Below are positions 28,915-39,450 of a DNA stretch of 64,000 bases, in pieces (position 1 is the first letter of the stretch; every line of letters starts with the position of its first letter). Made by a program: the position numbers and the translations under genes. Origin of the DNA: an uncultured Gammaproteobacteria bacterium. Lineage in GTDB: Bacteria; Pseudomonadota; Gammaproteobacteria; JAURND01. The notes under the pieces are model-generated. The model saw only the letters and a program-made list of their open reading frames with translations, did not search any database and was not told the origin of the DNA. The stretch covers positions 640,001-704,000 of the forward strand of contig CAVQQD010000003.1 in assembly GCA_963714975.1 (NCBI GenBank). Direction: 5' to 3'.

Positions 28915-29952
28915 ATGCTCTTTTACATTTTTCCTAGTTTATTTTTATGCTCTGTGTTGTTAACTTACGCCTATATTCGTTACGCGCGTCAACGACAATG
29001 GCTGGACTTACCAACTAAGCGTAGCTCTCATACCATAGCGACCCCACGTGGAGGTGGCTTAATTTTTATCGGTCTTTGGGTGATAGCGGTTATTATATTC
29101 ACCCTATTCGGCTGGATACCAGGGCGGCAAATGCTGGCTTTGCTCCCAGGAGCGGTGCTGGTAGCCATAGTTGGTTTTTATGACGATCGATTTACTTTAG
29201 CAGTTAAATATCGAATGTTATGGTATTCACTTGCGGCCTTTATTAGTTTAATCATTCTGGGTGGAATTTCGAGTTTCTCTTTGGGGCAAGACATTATTTT
29301 ACCTTTGGGTTGGTTTGGTTCAGTGCTAGGTATTTTGGCAATCATTTGGTCGACTAATTTGTTTAATTTCATGGATGGAATTGACGGCATTGCTGCAGTC
29401 GAAGCCTTATTTTTGCTAGCAGTAGGTGGTTTTTTTCTGTGGCAAGTAGGAGGGCAGGGAATGGCGATTGCCGCTTGGATGCTAATGTCTTGTGTGCTTG
29501 GTTTCTTAGTTTGGAATCGGCCTCCTGCTAAGCTATTTATGGGTGATGTGGGCAGTGCTACGTTAGGTTTTATTATTATGGTGCTTGCCTTCATGAGTGA
29601 AACTCAGTATCACATTCCGGCCATTTTATGGGGCATTATGTATGGGGCATTTATTTTTGATACCACCGTCACTTTGTTGCGTCGTATCCTTGCCAAACAT
29701 AATTTATCTACCCCACATCGTTTACATGCTTATCAACGTTTGCATCAAGCTGGCTGGAGCCACGGTAAGGTCTGTTGGGCATTGGCAGGCGTTAATAGCT
29801 TTTTGGCTGCTTTAGCAATTGTTGGCTTTTATTTCCCTCATTGGCTGTTTCTTATCTCACTACTGCTAATAGCGATCAGTTTTTTAACCGGGTTATATAT
29901 TAAAGTTGAGCGCATAAAACCGATGGAATTAGGAAGACACCTGGGGAGTTAA
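28915..29952 (+). CDS. MraY/WecA-family initiating glycosyl-phosphate transferase (WbpL-like)
   Basis: RSSH...TPRGGG, NLFNFMDGIDG, FMGDVGS, HRLHAYQ. Confidence 0.9.
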   Translation: MLFYIFPSLFLCSVLLTYAYIRYARQRQWLDLPTKRSSHTIATPRGGGLIFIGLWVIAVIIFTLFGWIPGRQMLALLPGAVLVAIVGFYDDRFTLAVKYRMLWYSLAAFISLIILGGISSFSLGQDIILPLGWFGSVLGILAIIWSTNLFNFMDGIDGIAAVEALFLLAVGGFFLWQVGGQGMAIAAWMLMSCVLGFLVWNRPPAKLFMGDVGSATLGFIIMVLAFMSETQYHIPAILWGIMYGAFIFDTTVTLLRRILAKHNLSTPHRLHAYQRLHQAGWSHGKVCWALAGVNSFLAALAIVGFYFPHWLFLISLLLIAISFLTGLYIKVERIKPMELGRHLGS

Positions 29953-31070
29953 GATCTTTCTAATAAATCATTGACAATACGTTTGCTAGCTTGACCATCT
30001 CCATAAGGATTATTTACCTGGCTCATGCTGAAGTAAGCATGTGCGTCGTCAAGTAAACAGGTTAATTCCTGAAGTAAATTTGTGGGATTAGTTCCAACCA
30101 GTTTCGCATTGCCAGCAGCCACCCCTTCAGGTCTTTCTGTGGTATTTCGAGTGACTAGCACAGGTTTGCCAAAGGTGGGGGCTTCCTCTTGAATGCCACC
30201 GGAATCAGTGACCACTAAGTAGCAACGTTGTAGTAGGTAAATTAGCGAAATATAATCTATGGGGTCAATTAAATGAACGTTTGATAAGTTCCCTAAAGCC
30301 ATTTTAGCGGGTTTTTGTACGCGGGGATTAAGGTGTACTGGATAGATGATTTCAACATCGGCCCTTTGCGCGATGGTGTTAAGTGCCTCAAAAACTTGGC
30401 TTAAGCCGCTATGCCAATTTTCGCGACGATGTCCGGTGACTAAAATTAAGCGTTTTTGTGGATCTAAAAAATTAAATTGTCTTGCTAAGCTATCTTGTAA
30501 TTGCGTATCTTGCTCAATGCGCGAAGAGGTAAAGAGTAATGCGTCTACTACGGTATTTCCTGTGATAACGATGCATTGTGATGGTATTCTTTCCGTTTGC
30601 AGATTATTTTTTGCTTCTAAGGTAGGAGCATAATGAACGGTGCTAACCACCGAGATTAAATGGCGATTAGCTTCTTCTGGCCAAGGCGAATCTAAGCAGT
30701 AGGTCCGCAGGCCTGCCTCGATATGTGCCACTTTGATATTATGATAGAAGGCTGCTAGTGCACTACTGAATGCGGTGGTAGTGTCCCCTTGCACCAAAAC
30801 CCAATCTGGGGCAGAATTGCTCAGCAAGGATTCTAATTCTAATAATGGCTTAACTGTGAGATTAGTGAGAGATTGTTGTCTTTCCATGAGGTTTAAATCG
30901 TAATCGGGCTGGATATTGAAAAATGTTAACATTTGGTCCAGCATTTCGCGATGTTGCCCTGTAACACAAACATGAGTAGTAATTTTGTCGGCATGTCGTT
31001 GTAGCTCTTGAATGACAGGAGCCATTTTTACTGCTTCGGGGCGGGTGCCAAAAATGCAAAGAACATCCAT
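29949..31070 (-). CDS. wecB: UDP-GlcNAc 2-epimerase (non-hydrolysing)
   Basis: FGTRPEAVKMAP, TGQHREM, HIEAGLRT, TDSGGIQEEAP, NPYGDG. Confidence 0.93.
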   Translation of the reverse strand: MDVLCIFGTRPEAVKMAPVIQELQRHADKITTHVCVTGQHREMLDQMLTFFNIQPDYDLNLMERQQSLTNLTVKPLLELESLLSNSAPDWVLVQGDTTTAFSSALAAFYHNIKVAHIEAGLRTYCLDSPWPEEANRHLISVVSTVHYAPTLEAKNNLQTERIPSQCIVITGNTVVDALLFTSSRIEQDTQLQDSLARQFNFLDPQKRLILVTGHRRENWHSGLSQVFEALNTIAQRADVEIIYPVHLNPRVQKPAKMALGNLSNVHLIDPIDYISLIYLLQRCYLVVTDSGGIQEEAPTFGKPVLVTRNTTERPEGVAAGNAKLVGTNPTNLLQELTCLLDDAHAYFSMSQVNNPYGDGQASKRIVNDLLERS

Positions 31071-31136
31071 GAGTTTTCTCCTTGGTTTTAATTATAGGTG
31101 AGTAATGAGTAAATTCCAGCGGACAAGAACATTACT

Positions 31137-32348
31137 ATGAAAGTAATGACCATTGTCGGAACACGACCAGAATTAATTAAATTGAGTTGTGTGATTAAAT
31201 TGCTTGATCAACATTTAGATCATGTTTTTGTTCACACCGGTCAAAATTATGATTACGAGTTAAATGAAATTTTTTACAAAGAATTAGGGGTGCGTCAACC
31301 CGATTATTTTTTATCTGCTGCAGGTGACACCCCGGCTGAAACAGTGGCAATGGTTATCCACAAAATTGATCAATTGTTAGCTAAAGAAAAGCCTGATGCT
31401 TTTTTATTATTAGGAGATACCAACAGTTGTTTATCTGTATATGCAGCAAAACGTCGGCAAATACCTATTTTTCACCTAGAAGCAGGTAATCGTTGTTTTG
31501 ATATGCGGGTTCCCGAAGAAGTAAATCGTCGCATAGTAGATCATGTTAGCGATGTTAACCTTGTCTATACTGAACATGCTCGTCGTTATTTATTAGCAGA
31601 AGGTTTACCTGGAGAGCTTGTCCTGAAAATAGGGTCTCCGATGCAAGAAATTTATAATGAACATTTGCCTCAAATAAGTAAATCTACGGTGTTAACACGG
31701 TTAAATCTCCAGGAACAAAAATATTTTATCGTGAGCTTACATCGCGAGGAAAATGTAGATTACGAAGCAAATTTTCAAAATTTCTTAGCTTCATTGCTTG
31801 CAATCGAAAAGAAATATCAATTTCCGATCATTGTTTCAACCCATCCTCGTACGAGAAAACGTTTAGAATCCTTGGGTGTTGATTTTACTAGCGAAATGAT
31901 TCATTTTTTGCCGCCTTTAGGATTTTTTGATTATGTGTTCTTAATGCAACAAAGCTTTTGTGCCATCTCCGATAGCGGAACCATTACTGAGGAAGCTTCT
32001 ATTTTGGGTTTTCCTGCAATCACTATTCGTCAGGCTCACGAAAGACCAGAGGGCATGGATGAAGGAACTTTAATTATGTCAGGCTTAAAAGCAGAAAACG
32101 TATTAAAAGCTATTGAAATTATGACTGCTATCCCAGGGGGAAAAAGAATTAATAAAAAAGTAGTTGATTATGATGTAGATTATGTTTCACACAAGGTTTT
32201 GCGAATCATTTTAAGTTATACCGATTATGTCAATCGAGTTATTTGGTATAAATCAAGCCAGGAAGTAGTTAGAACGACTTCCGAGGGAAGAAAATATGAA
32301 GTTTCCGATCAGCAGGCTGAAAAATCGTTTAATAGTCTTTGCCCATGA
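31137..32348 (+). CDS. Second sugar-nucleotide 2-epimerase (FnlC/WbjD/CapG-like)
   Basis: VGTRPE, HTGQNYDYEL, EAGNRCFD.RVPEE, SDSGTITEE. Confidence 0.88.
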   Translation: MKVMTIVGTRPELIKLSCVIKLLDQHLDHVFVHTGQNYDYELNEIFYKELGVRQPDYFLSAAGDTPAETVAMVIHKIDQLLAKEKPDAFLLLGDTNSCLSVYAAKRRQIPIFHLEAGNRCFDMRVPEEVNRRIVDHVSDVNLVYTEHARRYLLAEGLPGELVLKIGSPMQEIYNEHLPQISKSTVLTRLNLQEQKYFIVSLHREENVDYEANFQNFLASLLAIEKKYQFPIIVSTHPRTRKRLESLGVDFTSEMIHFLPPLGFFDYVFLMQQSFCAISDSGTITEEASILGFPAITIRQAHERPEGMDEGTLIMSGLKAENVLKAIEIMTAIPGGKRINKKVVDYDVDYVSHKVLRIILSYTDYVNRVIWYKSSQEVVRTTSEGRKYEVSDQQAEKSFNSLCP

Positions 32349-34161
32349 TGTGTTCGTTATTCCATTGGCCTGGGTTGTTGCCTATGGACTGCATTTTAAC
32401 TTAGGCTCCATCCCTCTTGAAAGCTTGCGGCAAGCAATTAGCTTATTACCAATACTCATTTTTGTGCAATTGTTGCTGTATGGGCTTTTCGGTCTGCACC
32501 GTGGTGTCTGGCGATTTGCCTCATTACCGGACTTAATGCGGATTGTTAAAGCAGCCATTGCCGGGGTAACTATCAGTGCGTTAATTCTTTTGTTTGATGG
32601 TCATCTGCTGCAAATTCCACGTTCCGTTTTTCCATTGTATGGCCTGTTGTTAATTGCTTTACTAAGTGGTTCAAGGCTCATGTATCGTTGGTCGAAAGAT
32701 CGTCGTACGTTTGGCGGGAAAAGGGTGCTGGTTGTGGGTGCGGGCCAAGCAGGTGAAGGAATAGTTCGCGATCTAAAACGTAATGCTGAAAAATATCACG
32801 CTATTGGTTTTGTGGATGATCGCCGATCTAAACAGGGGCGGGAAATTCATGGCATAAGAGTTTTAGGTAAAGCAGCCGATATCCCAGAAATGGTTAAACG
32901 CTACCATATCGATATGCTCATTATTGCCATGCCGTCCGCTTCTTCTGCAGATATGCGGCGCATTGTTGGTTATTGTGAAAAATCCGCAGTGCCCTTTAGG
33001 ACATTGCCAGGATTAAAAGACTTGACGAGTGGCAGTGTCAAAATTGATATTCTGCGCAAAGTGAGTTTAGAAGATTTATTAGGTAGAGAACCGATTGTCC
33101 TGGATTGGGTGGGTATTCATCGTGGTGTTGATGAGAAAACCGTGCTTATTTCAGGCGGAGGCGGGTCTATTGGCGCTGAATTATGTCGACAAGTGGCGCA
33201 ATTATCTCCTAAAAAATTGCTCGTGATTGAAAAAAATGAATTTAATCTGTATTCGCTCGAATTAGAGCTCAAACACAAATTTCCGCAGATTGATTTTTGC
33301 GGTTATTTAGTTAATGTGAGAGATCAAGTAGCGGTGCAAGAAATATTTCGGCAGCATTTGGTTGACGTTGTATTTCATGCAGCTGCTTATAAGCATGTGC
33401 CGATGTTAGAAAATCAATTACGCATCGCGATGCTTAACAATATTTTGGGGACCAAAATTCTAGCTGAAGCAGCGTTACGTGCTCAGGTTAAAAAGTTCGT
33501 ATTGATTTCCACTGACAAAGCAGTGAATCCGACAAATGTCATGGGCGCTACTAAGCGCGCAGCAGAAATATTTTGTCAAAATTATAATTTATGCTCACAG
33601 ACGCAATTTATTACGGTACGCTTTGGGAATGTTTTGGGGTCTGCAGGCAGTGTCGTTCCGCTTTTTCGTCAACAAATTGAGCAGGGTGGCCCGGTTACAG
33701 TTACTCATCCTGAAATTACTCGTTTTTTTATGACAATTCCTGAAGCAGCGCAATTAATTTTGCAAGCAACTATTATAGGTAAGGGGAGAGAAATTTTTGT
33801 ACTGGATATGGGGAAGCCAGTGCAAATTCGTTATTTAGCGGAGCAAATGATTTTATTGGCAGGTTTAGTGCCAAATGTCGATATTGAAATTCAATATACT
33901 GGCTTACGACCAGGTGAAAAATTGTATGAAGAATTATTTCATGAATCAGAATTATTAAGCACTACTTCCCATGAAAAAATTATGCAAGCATTTCATCGAG
34001 CGCAAGATTGGTGTGATTTGGAGCAAATTCTCAAAGAAATTGAGATTGCCTGCGGGAGCAATAATCACGAAAAATTAGCGCAATTACTTTTAGCCTTAGT
34101 GCCGGAGTATCAAGGGAATTGCGTCGAGCCCTTGCAGGTACCGCTCGCTGCAGTATCATAG
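32296..34161 (+). CDS. Membrane-bound UDP-GlcNAc 4,6-dehydratase (WbpM/CapD-like)
   Basis: N-terminal TMs, GAGQAG, GGGGSIG.EL, HAAAYKHVP, STDKAVNPTNVMGATKR. Confidence 0.92.
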   Translation: MKFPISRLKNRLIVFAHDVFVIPLAWVVAYGLHFNLGSIPLESLRQAISLLPILIFVQLLLYGLFGLHRGVWRFASLPDLMRIVKAAIAGVTISALILLFDGHLLQIPRSVFPLYGLLLIALLSGSRLMYRWSKDRRTFGGKRVLVVGAGQAGEGIVRDLKRNAEKYHAIGFVDDRRSKQGREIHGIRVLGKAADIPEMVKRYHIDMLIIAMPSASSADMRRIVGYCEKSAVPFRTLPGLKDLTSGSVKIDILRKVSLEDLLGREPIVLDWVGIHRGVDEKTVLISGGGGSIGAELCRQVAQLSPKKLLVIEKNEFNLYSLELELKHKFPQIDFCGYLVNVRDQVAVQEIFRQHLVDVVFHAAAYKHVPMLENQLRIAMLNNILGTKILAEAALRAQVKKFVLISTDKAVNPTNVMGATKRAAEIFCQNYNLCSQTQFITVRFGNVLGSAGSVVPLFRQQIEQGGPVTVTHPEITRFFMTIPEAAQLILQATIIGKGREIFVLDMGKPVQIRYLAEQMILLAGLVPNVDIEIQYTGLRPGEKLYEELFHESELLSTTSHEKIMQAFHRAQDWCDLEQILKEIEIACGSNNHEKLAQLLLALVPEYQGNCVEPLQVPLAAVS

Positions 34162-34170
34162 GGAAATACC

Positions 34171-35520
34171 ATGAAAAAGCAAATTACTATTTATGGTGCT
34201 GGTTATGTCGGCTTAGTCACGGGAGTGTGCTTGGCTGAACTTGGCAATCATGTGTTGTTAATCGACATTGATCCCACTAAAATTGCTAACTTAACGCGCG
34301 GCATTTTACCGATTTTTGAACCCGATTTGGCAGAAAACCTTAATCGTCATCGTAAAAATAAACGTCTGCGATTTAGCACCGATCATCGAGAAGGTGCTTT
34401 ATATGGCTTATACCAATTTATTGCTGTGGGTACGCCTTCTGCAGCGGATGGTTCTGCACAGCTGGATCATGTCTATACGGTGGCTAGTCACATTGCCGAG
34501 CATATGACCGAATATCGCCTCATAGTGAATAAATCGACTGTTACTTTAGGAACCTCGAGAAAAATTAAGGAATTAATTCAAAATAAATTAAGCGAGCGTG
34601 GTTGTTCGATTCCCTTTGATGTCGCTGCTAACCCTGAATTTTTGCGGCAGGGTGCTGCACTTGCTGATTTTTTGAAACCCGATCGGATCATTATTGGTAG
34701 TGACAGTAAGCGTGCTATTGCGTATATGCAAAAACTGTATCGACCTTTAGATGAAACTGGTCAGCGATTTATCATCATGGATTCGACATCAGCTGAATTG
34801 ACTAAATATTGTGCCAATGCTTATTTAGCTGCACGCATTAGCTTTATGAATGAAATGAGTCAAATTGCTGAACGCTTTGGTGCAGATATCGATATGATTC
34901 GCCGAGGAATGAGTGCAGATCAACGCATTGGTTCGCATTTTCTATATGCTGGCTGTGGATTTGGAGGCTCTTGTTTTCCGAAGGATGTGCGGGCTCTGCG
35001 ACACATGGCTGAGATCTCTTCTTGTGATGTGCCAATTCTGCGCGCCATTGAGCAAATCAATGAGCGACAAAAACGCATCTTGTTTGCAAAGATATCGCGT
35101 TATTTTGATGCAGAAATTGCCGGGAAAAGAATAGCAGTATGGGGTTTGTCTTTTAAGCCGAATACTGATGATATGCGTGAAGCGCCAAGTCGCACTCTAA
35201 TTGACTCCTTATTGGAGGCACAGGCTTATGTACAAGCCTACGACCCGGCAGCATCCAATATCGCGCAAAAAATTTATGGTCACCATCCCCAGTTTAGTCT
35301 CCATCAAACTCAAGAAGAAGCCTTAACGAATGCCGATGTGTTGGCTGTGGTAGCAGAATGGGATCAATTTCGGCATCCAGATTTCATGTTGCTCAAAGAA
35401 AAATTACGTTATCCTGCGATTTTTGATGGAAGGAATATTTATGCGCCTGAAGACTTAGCGGCGCATGGGATTCGCTATTACGGCATTGGCCGAGGAGATA
35501 ACTCTAGTATTAAAAGATGA
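34171..35520 (+). CDS. ugd: UDP-glucose 6-dehydrogenase
   Basis: GAGYVGL, NPEFLR.G, GFGGSCFPKD, FKPNTDDMRE. Confidence 0.92.
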   Translation: MKKQITIYGAGYVGLVTGVCLAELGNHVLLIDIDPTKIANLTRGILPIFEPDLAENLNRHRKNKRLRFSTDHREGALYGLYQFIAVGTPSAADGSAQLDHVYTVASHIAEHMTEYRLIVNKSTVTLGTSRKIKELIQNKLSERGCSIPFDVAANPEFLRQGAALADFLKPDRIIIGSDSKRAIAYMQKLYRPLDETGQRFIIMDSTSAELTKYCANAYLAARISFMNEMSQIAERFGADIDMIRRGMSADQRIGSHFLYAGCGFGGSCFPKDVRALRHMAEISSCDVPILRAIEQINERQKRILFAKISRYFDAEIAGKRIAVWGLSFKPNTDDMREAPSRTLIDSLLEAQAYVQAYDPAASNIAQKIYGHHPQFSLHQTQEEALTNADVLAVVAEWDQFRHPDFMLLKEKLRYPAIFDGRNIYAPEDLAAHGIRYYGIGRGDNSSIKR

Positions 35521-35575
35521 GTATATTTGTTCACATTTTTAATAGCAGAGAATTTAGTTACAACAGGAGAAGGGA

Positions 35576-36343
35576 GTGGATATTGAAAATCAAGTGGCTG
35601 TCATTAGTGGTGGTGGCTCTGGCATGGGCGCGCAAACGGCAGAGCACTTAGCTAAACTAGGCGCGAAAATAGCTATTTTAGATCAAGATCGGGTAAATGC
35701 AGAAAAAATAGCAGCAATGACACAGGGCATGGCTATCCACTGTGATGTGACGCAGGCTTCCGAGGTAGAGCAAGCGTTTGCACAAATTGCGCAAACAGCG
35801 GGAATTCCGCGAATTATCGTGAATTGTGCAGGGATTTGTCCGGCTGCACTCATTGTTAATAAAGAAGGCCAGCCGATGGAGTTAGCAGCGTTTAGTCGGG
35901 TTATTCAGGTCAATCTCATAGGGACGTTTAATGTCATGCGAGTGGCAGCAGCACAACTGACTACATTACCATCAATTGGAGACAGCGAGGAAAGAGGAGT
36001 TATTATTAATACTGCTTCGATTGCGGCAGAAGAAGGCCAAATAGGACAAGTTGCTTATAGTGCCTCCAAAGGGGGAGTGGTATCTATGACCCTCCCTGCA
36101 GCCCGCGAACTGGCACGTTTTGGCATACGCGTCTTAGCCATCGCCCCTGGCCTCGTGGAAACACCGATGTTACATAGTTTGCCAGCGAAAGTTCGCGAAA
36201 ATTTAATTGCTAATGTTCCTTTCCCCAAGCGGTTTGGCAAGCCAACTGAATATGCACATTTAGTGCAGCATATCATCGAAAATGTGCTTCTGAATGGTAC
36301 GGTGATCCGTTTGGATGGGGCGCTGCGAATGCCGGCAAGATAA
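35576..36343 (+). CDS. SDR, 3-hydroxyacyl-CoA dehydrogenase type II-like
   Basis: GGGSGMG, NTASIAA.EGQIGQ.AYSASKGG, IRLDGALRM. Confidence 0.9.
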   Translation: MDIENQVAVISGGGSGMGAQTAEHLAKLGAKIAILDQDRVNAEKIAAMTQGMAIHCDVTQASEVEQAFAQIAQTAGIPRIIVNCAGICPAALIVNKEGQPMELAAFSRVIQVNLIGTFNVMRVAAAQLTTLPSIGDSEERGVIINTASIAAEEGQIGQVAYSASKGGVVSMTLPAARELARFGIRVLAIAPGLVETPMLHSLPAKVRENLIANVPFPKRFGKPTEYAHLVQHIIENVLLNGTVIRLDGALRMPAR

Positions 36344-36352
36344 GGGATGCGA

Positions 36353-37129
36353 TTAGGAGCTTTTAGCCTCCAAATTCGCAAAATCCATTAGCTCTCGATC
36401 CATGAGTTGGCTAGGACGGACAGTACTTAAGGCATGTAAAATATTGCTAGGTACTTTGGGATTTTCCCGTGCTAGGGTGTCAATCAGCAGTTTCACTCGC
36501 TGGCGGGCAAGATTGTCTTGCGAACCACATAAATTACAAGGGATAATCGGGAAGGCTTTTTCTTGCGCATAACTAATAATATCTGCCTCTTGGCAATAAG
36601 CTAAAGGTCGAATCACAATATGTTGTTTATCGTCGGTTAGCAGCTTAGGTGGCATACCGCTGATGTTGCCGCTATAGAGAATGGACATTAGCAAGGTACG
36701 AATTAAGTCATCGCGATGGTGCCCCAAGGCAATTTTAGTAAATCCATGCTCTTTGGCATAACGATATATAATCCCCCGGCGTAAACGCGAGCATAAAGAG
36801 CAATAGGTATTGCCCTCAGGAATTTTATCAATCACGATCGAGTAAGTATCTTTGGTTAAGATTTCATGAGGTATTTGTTTTTGTTCTAACCAAAGCCGCA
36901 GTTTTGAATCATCCCAGCCCGGCTGTGCTTGATCGAGAGTGAAGGCAAAAATGCTGAATTTATTATTGGAACGTAATCTTAGTAAATTAAGTAAGCTCAA
37001 TAAAGTAAAGGAATCTTTTCCACCTGACAGGCAAACCATCACCTTATCGCCAGTTTGGATCATATTAAAATCGGCGATTGCTTTTCCGGTATAGTGCAAT
37101 AATTTTTTTTCTATTTTACTTTCAACCAC
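36353..37129 (-). CDS. ttcA: tRNA 2-thiocytidine(32) synthetase
   Basis: [32 protein letters not shown]; probable GTG start at 37129. Confidence 0.95.
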   Translation of the reverse strand: MVESKIEKKLLHYTGKAIADFNMIQTGDKVMVCLSGGKDSFTLLSLLNLLRLRSNNKFSIFAFTLDQAQPGWDDSKLRLWLEQKQIPHEILTKDTYSIVIDKIPEGNTYCSLCSRLRRGIIYRYAKEHGFTKIALGHHRDDLIRTLLMSILYSGNISGMPPKLLTDDKQHIVIRPLAYCQEADIISYAQEKAFPIIPCNLCGSQDNLARQRVKLLIDTLARENPKVPSNILHALSTVRPSQLMDRELMDFANLEAKSS

Positions 37130-37142
37130 GATAATTTTCCCC

Positions 37143-38651
37143 CTAATATAATTTATGTTGTGGCAGGTTCTTCGCAATGAACAGTGAGAGGACGCAGAGC
37201 AATGCTGTTACCCCCATGGCTACACTAAAACCCAAGGTATAAGCATGAGTTGTCAGGTAGTTTAAGGTTTCTTTCAGTCCAGGATTTAAAGTTGCGGGAA
37301 ATATTCCTGCAAGCATTGCATCTAAGTTAATATTTTGTAGCTTGGTTAAATCCTTTCCAGCGGCAGCTAAATTCCGATTTAATTGCCAATGACTCAGGGC
37401 TGTTATCAGTGTTCCTACGATGGCCAAGCCAATAGAGGAACCTACTTGTCGTGCTGCATGTGCAGTGCCAGAAGCAAGGGCGCGTTTATTTTCTGTTACA
37501 GTAAAAATGATGGAAGATAAATTGGCAATGTTTATCATAGGTGAACCGCAACACATTAAAAAAAAGCCTGGTACCAGCCACCAAAAATTAAATTTCCAAG
37601 CAAAAATAGTGGTCCATAAGGTGCTAATTAGCATGAGTGAAATAGCAATTAGAGAAGGCATACGTGGTCCATAACGATCTAATAAGCGGCCAGCAATGGG
37701 TGAGATGAAGAGTATGGGAATTTGGGGCAATAACATCAACATACCTGCCTTGGCTGCAGGCATTTTTAGTGCATATTGTAAATAAATCACCCAAAAAATA
37801 CTGCCCATCACAATCGTGTTGGCTAGAAAAAGTATGAGGGTGCTATGCAGAAAATGACTGCTTTTAAACAGACTAAGGTCTAAAAAAGGGTTAGGATGAT
37901 TTTTATTGGCACGTAAGAAAAGTATTCCAGAAATAAAACAAAGTATAAAACTTATGAGAACTTCAATTGAAAACCATCCCCAAGAGGTAGCTTGCATTAT
38001 AGCAAATACGAAGGTAATTAAACTGGTCGAGAGCGTGACAAATCCAAACCAATCGAAGCGGTTTTTGCTAGGAGAGGGGCTACTTTTTTGGACATTCAGT
38101 AAAATTACAATAATGGCAAATACTGCTAAGGGAACGTTGATCCAAAATATCCAGCGCCAACTAAGATATTGTGAGAAGACTCCACCGAGAGTGGGGCCCA
38201 GCAAGAGAAAGATTGAGGCTATTGATACATAGATCCCAGAAATTTTACCGAACTTGTTGGTGTCTGCTACGCTACGTAATAGTGGGGCTGAAGCAGGTAT
38301 CATAAAGGCTGCGCCAATACCTTGGACAGTACGAGCAATAATTAACCAAATGTCGTTAGGAGCACAGGCGCAAGCAATTGAGGATAAGGTGAATAGAGTC
38401 ATTCCACTAAGATACATTTTACGGTGGCCAAAACGATCGGCTATTTTACCGCCGAGTATTACCAGGGTTGCTATTGTGAGAAGATAGGCATTGATGATCC
38501 ATTGCAAACCATTCAGTGAGGCATGCAAGTCTTTTTGAATGGTGGGTAGAGAAACTGGCAATGCAGTTTGATCTATGAAGGTCATTGCCAAGCCAATTGA
38601 TACAGCAATGAGAACCCACCAGTTGATAGGGGCAGCAGTCGTTTTTGGCAT
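37143..38651 (-). CDS. MFS transporter, DHA2 (14-TM) type
   Basis: [34 protein letters not shown]. Confidence 0.9.
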   Translation of the reverse strand: MPKTTAAPINWWVLIAVSIGLAMTFIDQTALPVSLPTIQKDLHASLNGLQWIINAYLLTIATLVILGGKIADRFGHRKMYLSGMTLFTLSSIACACAPNDIWLIIARTVQGIGAAFMIPASAPLLRSVADTNKFGKISGIYVSIASIFLLLGPTLGGVFSQYLSWRWIFWINVPLAVFAIIVILLNVQKSSPSPSKNRFDWFGFVTLSTSLITFVFAIMQATSWGWFSIEVLISFILCFISGILFLRANKNHPNPFLDLSLFKSSHFLHSTLILFLANTIVMGSIFWVIYLQYALKMPAAKAGMLMLLPQIPILFISPIAGRLLDRYGPRMPSLIAISLMLISTLWTTIFAWKFNFWWLVPGFFLMCCGSPMINIANLSSIIFTVTENKRALASGTAHAARQVGSSIGLAIVGTLITALSHWQLNRNLAAAGKDLTKLQNINLDAMLAGIFPATLNPGLKETLNYLTTHAYTLGFSVAMGVTALLCVLSLFIAKNLPQHKLY

Positions 38652-38775
38652 AGTGGTGAAGTATAACTAAGTTTCTAGGGTGAAACCACTGACTTACTAC
38701 CAAGATCAGACATTAAGGAGGTTCATCCTTTTAAGAATTCTGGGCAATTTCATGATATATCAACGATCGGCACGC

Positions 38776-39450
38776 CTACGCAGCGTATTCGATTACTGGC
38801 ATTTGGCTGAATTTTCCATTTTCTACAATTCGTGCAATCCGAGCGCATGTGGTATTTAAAACGTCCCAGCCCTTTTCTTGGATCGAAAATAATCGTTCGA
38901 GTTGATGCTTGGATATGTGGCACAATAATTCTTTTCCCATGTTTTCATGGGCTTCGTCGGCTTCCGCATGGATTTTAAAATAATTGGTTTCCCCATATTT
39001 GTTCATTACCTTATGAGCTTCCTGGAAAAAAACATTGGCACTGGCTTCTAATACCAGATGCACCAAAACGGTTTTTTCTTCATCGTTGAGCGAGAGCATT
39101 TTCCAAGCAAACCAACAGCTGGTGGATTCAAGGATGGGATCCCATAAAGCAGGCTGAGAATTTCGATCTTTAAGTAAAGACAAGTTATGGCCAAATTCTT
39201 CATTGAGATGTTCATTAGCCACAGAAAAAAATTTTAGATTATCACAAAAAACACTACGTAACATGACAACTTTTTGGAACTGGTCAGAGAATACTTGGAT
39301 ACAATCAAGCATGAGTTGTCTTACGGTTTTGTCCCGCATTTTTTCGCTACGAATTAACACCATTAGAGGATTGTTTTTATATTGCGTAATAAAATTTTGA
39401 TTTTCTTGTAATAGGGTGTTTAGATTAAAATCTTTAGGGTCTAAAAGCAT
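38776..39450 (-). CDS. Heme-oxygenase-like (iron-containing redox enzyme) protein
   Basis: EHLNEEFGH, LE, YFKIHAEADEAH spacing typical of HO-like diiron proteins; start probably MLLDPK at 39450. Confidence 0.65.
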   Translation of the reverse strand: MLLDPKDFNLNTLLQENQNFITQYKNNPLMVLIRSEKMRDKTVRQLMLDCIQVFSDQFQKVVMLRSVFCDNLKFFSVANEHLNEEFGHNLSLLKDRNSQPALWDPILESTSCWFAWKMLSLNDEEKTVLVHLVLEASANVFFQEAHKVMNKYGETNYFKIHAEADEAHENMGKELLCHISKHQLERLFSIQEKGWDVLNTTCARIARIVENGKFSQMPVIEYAA

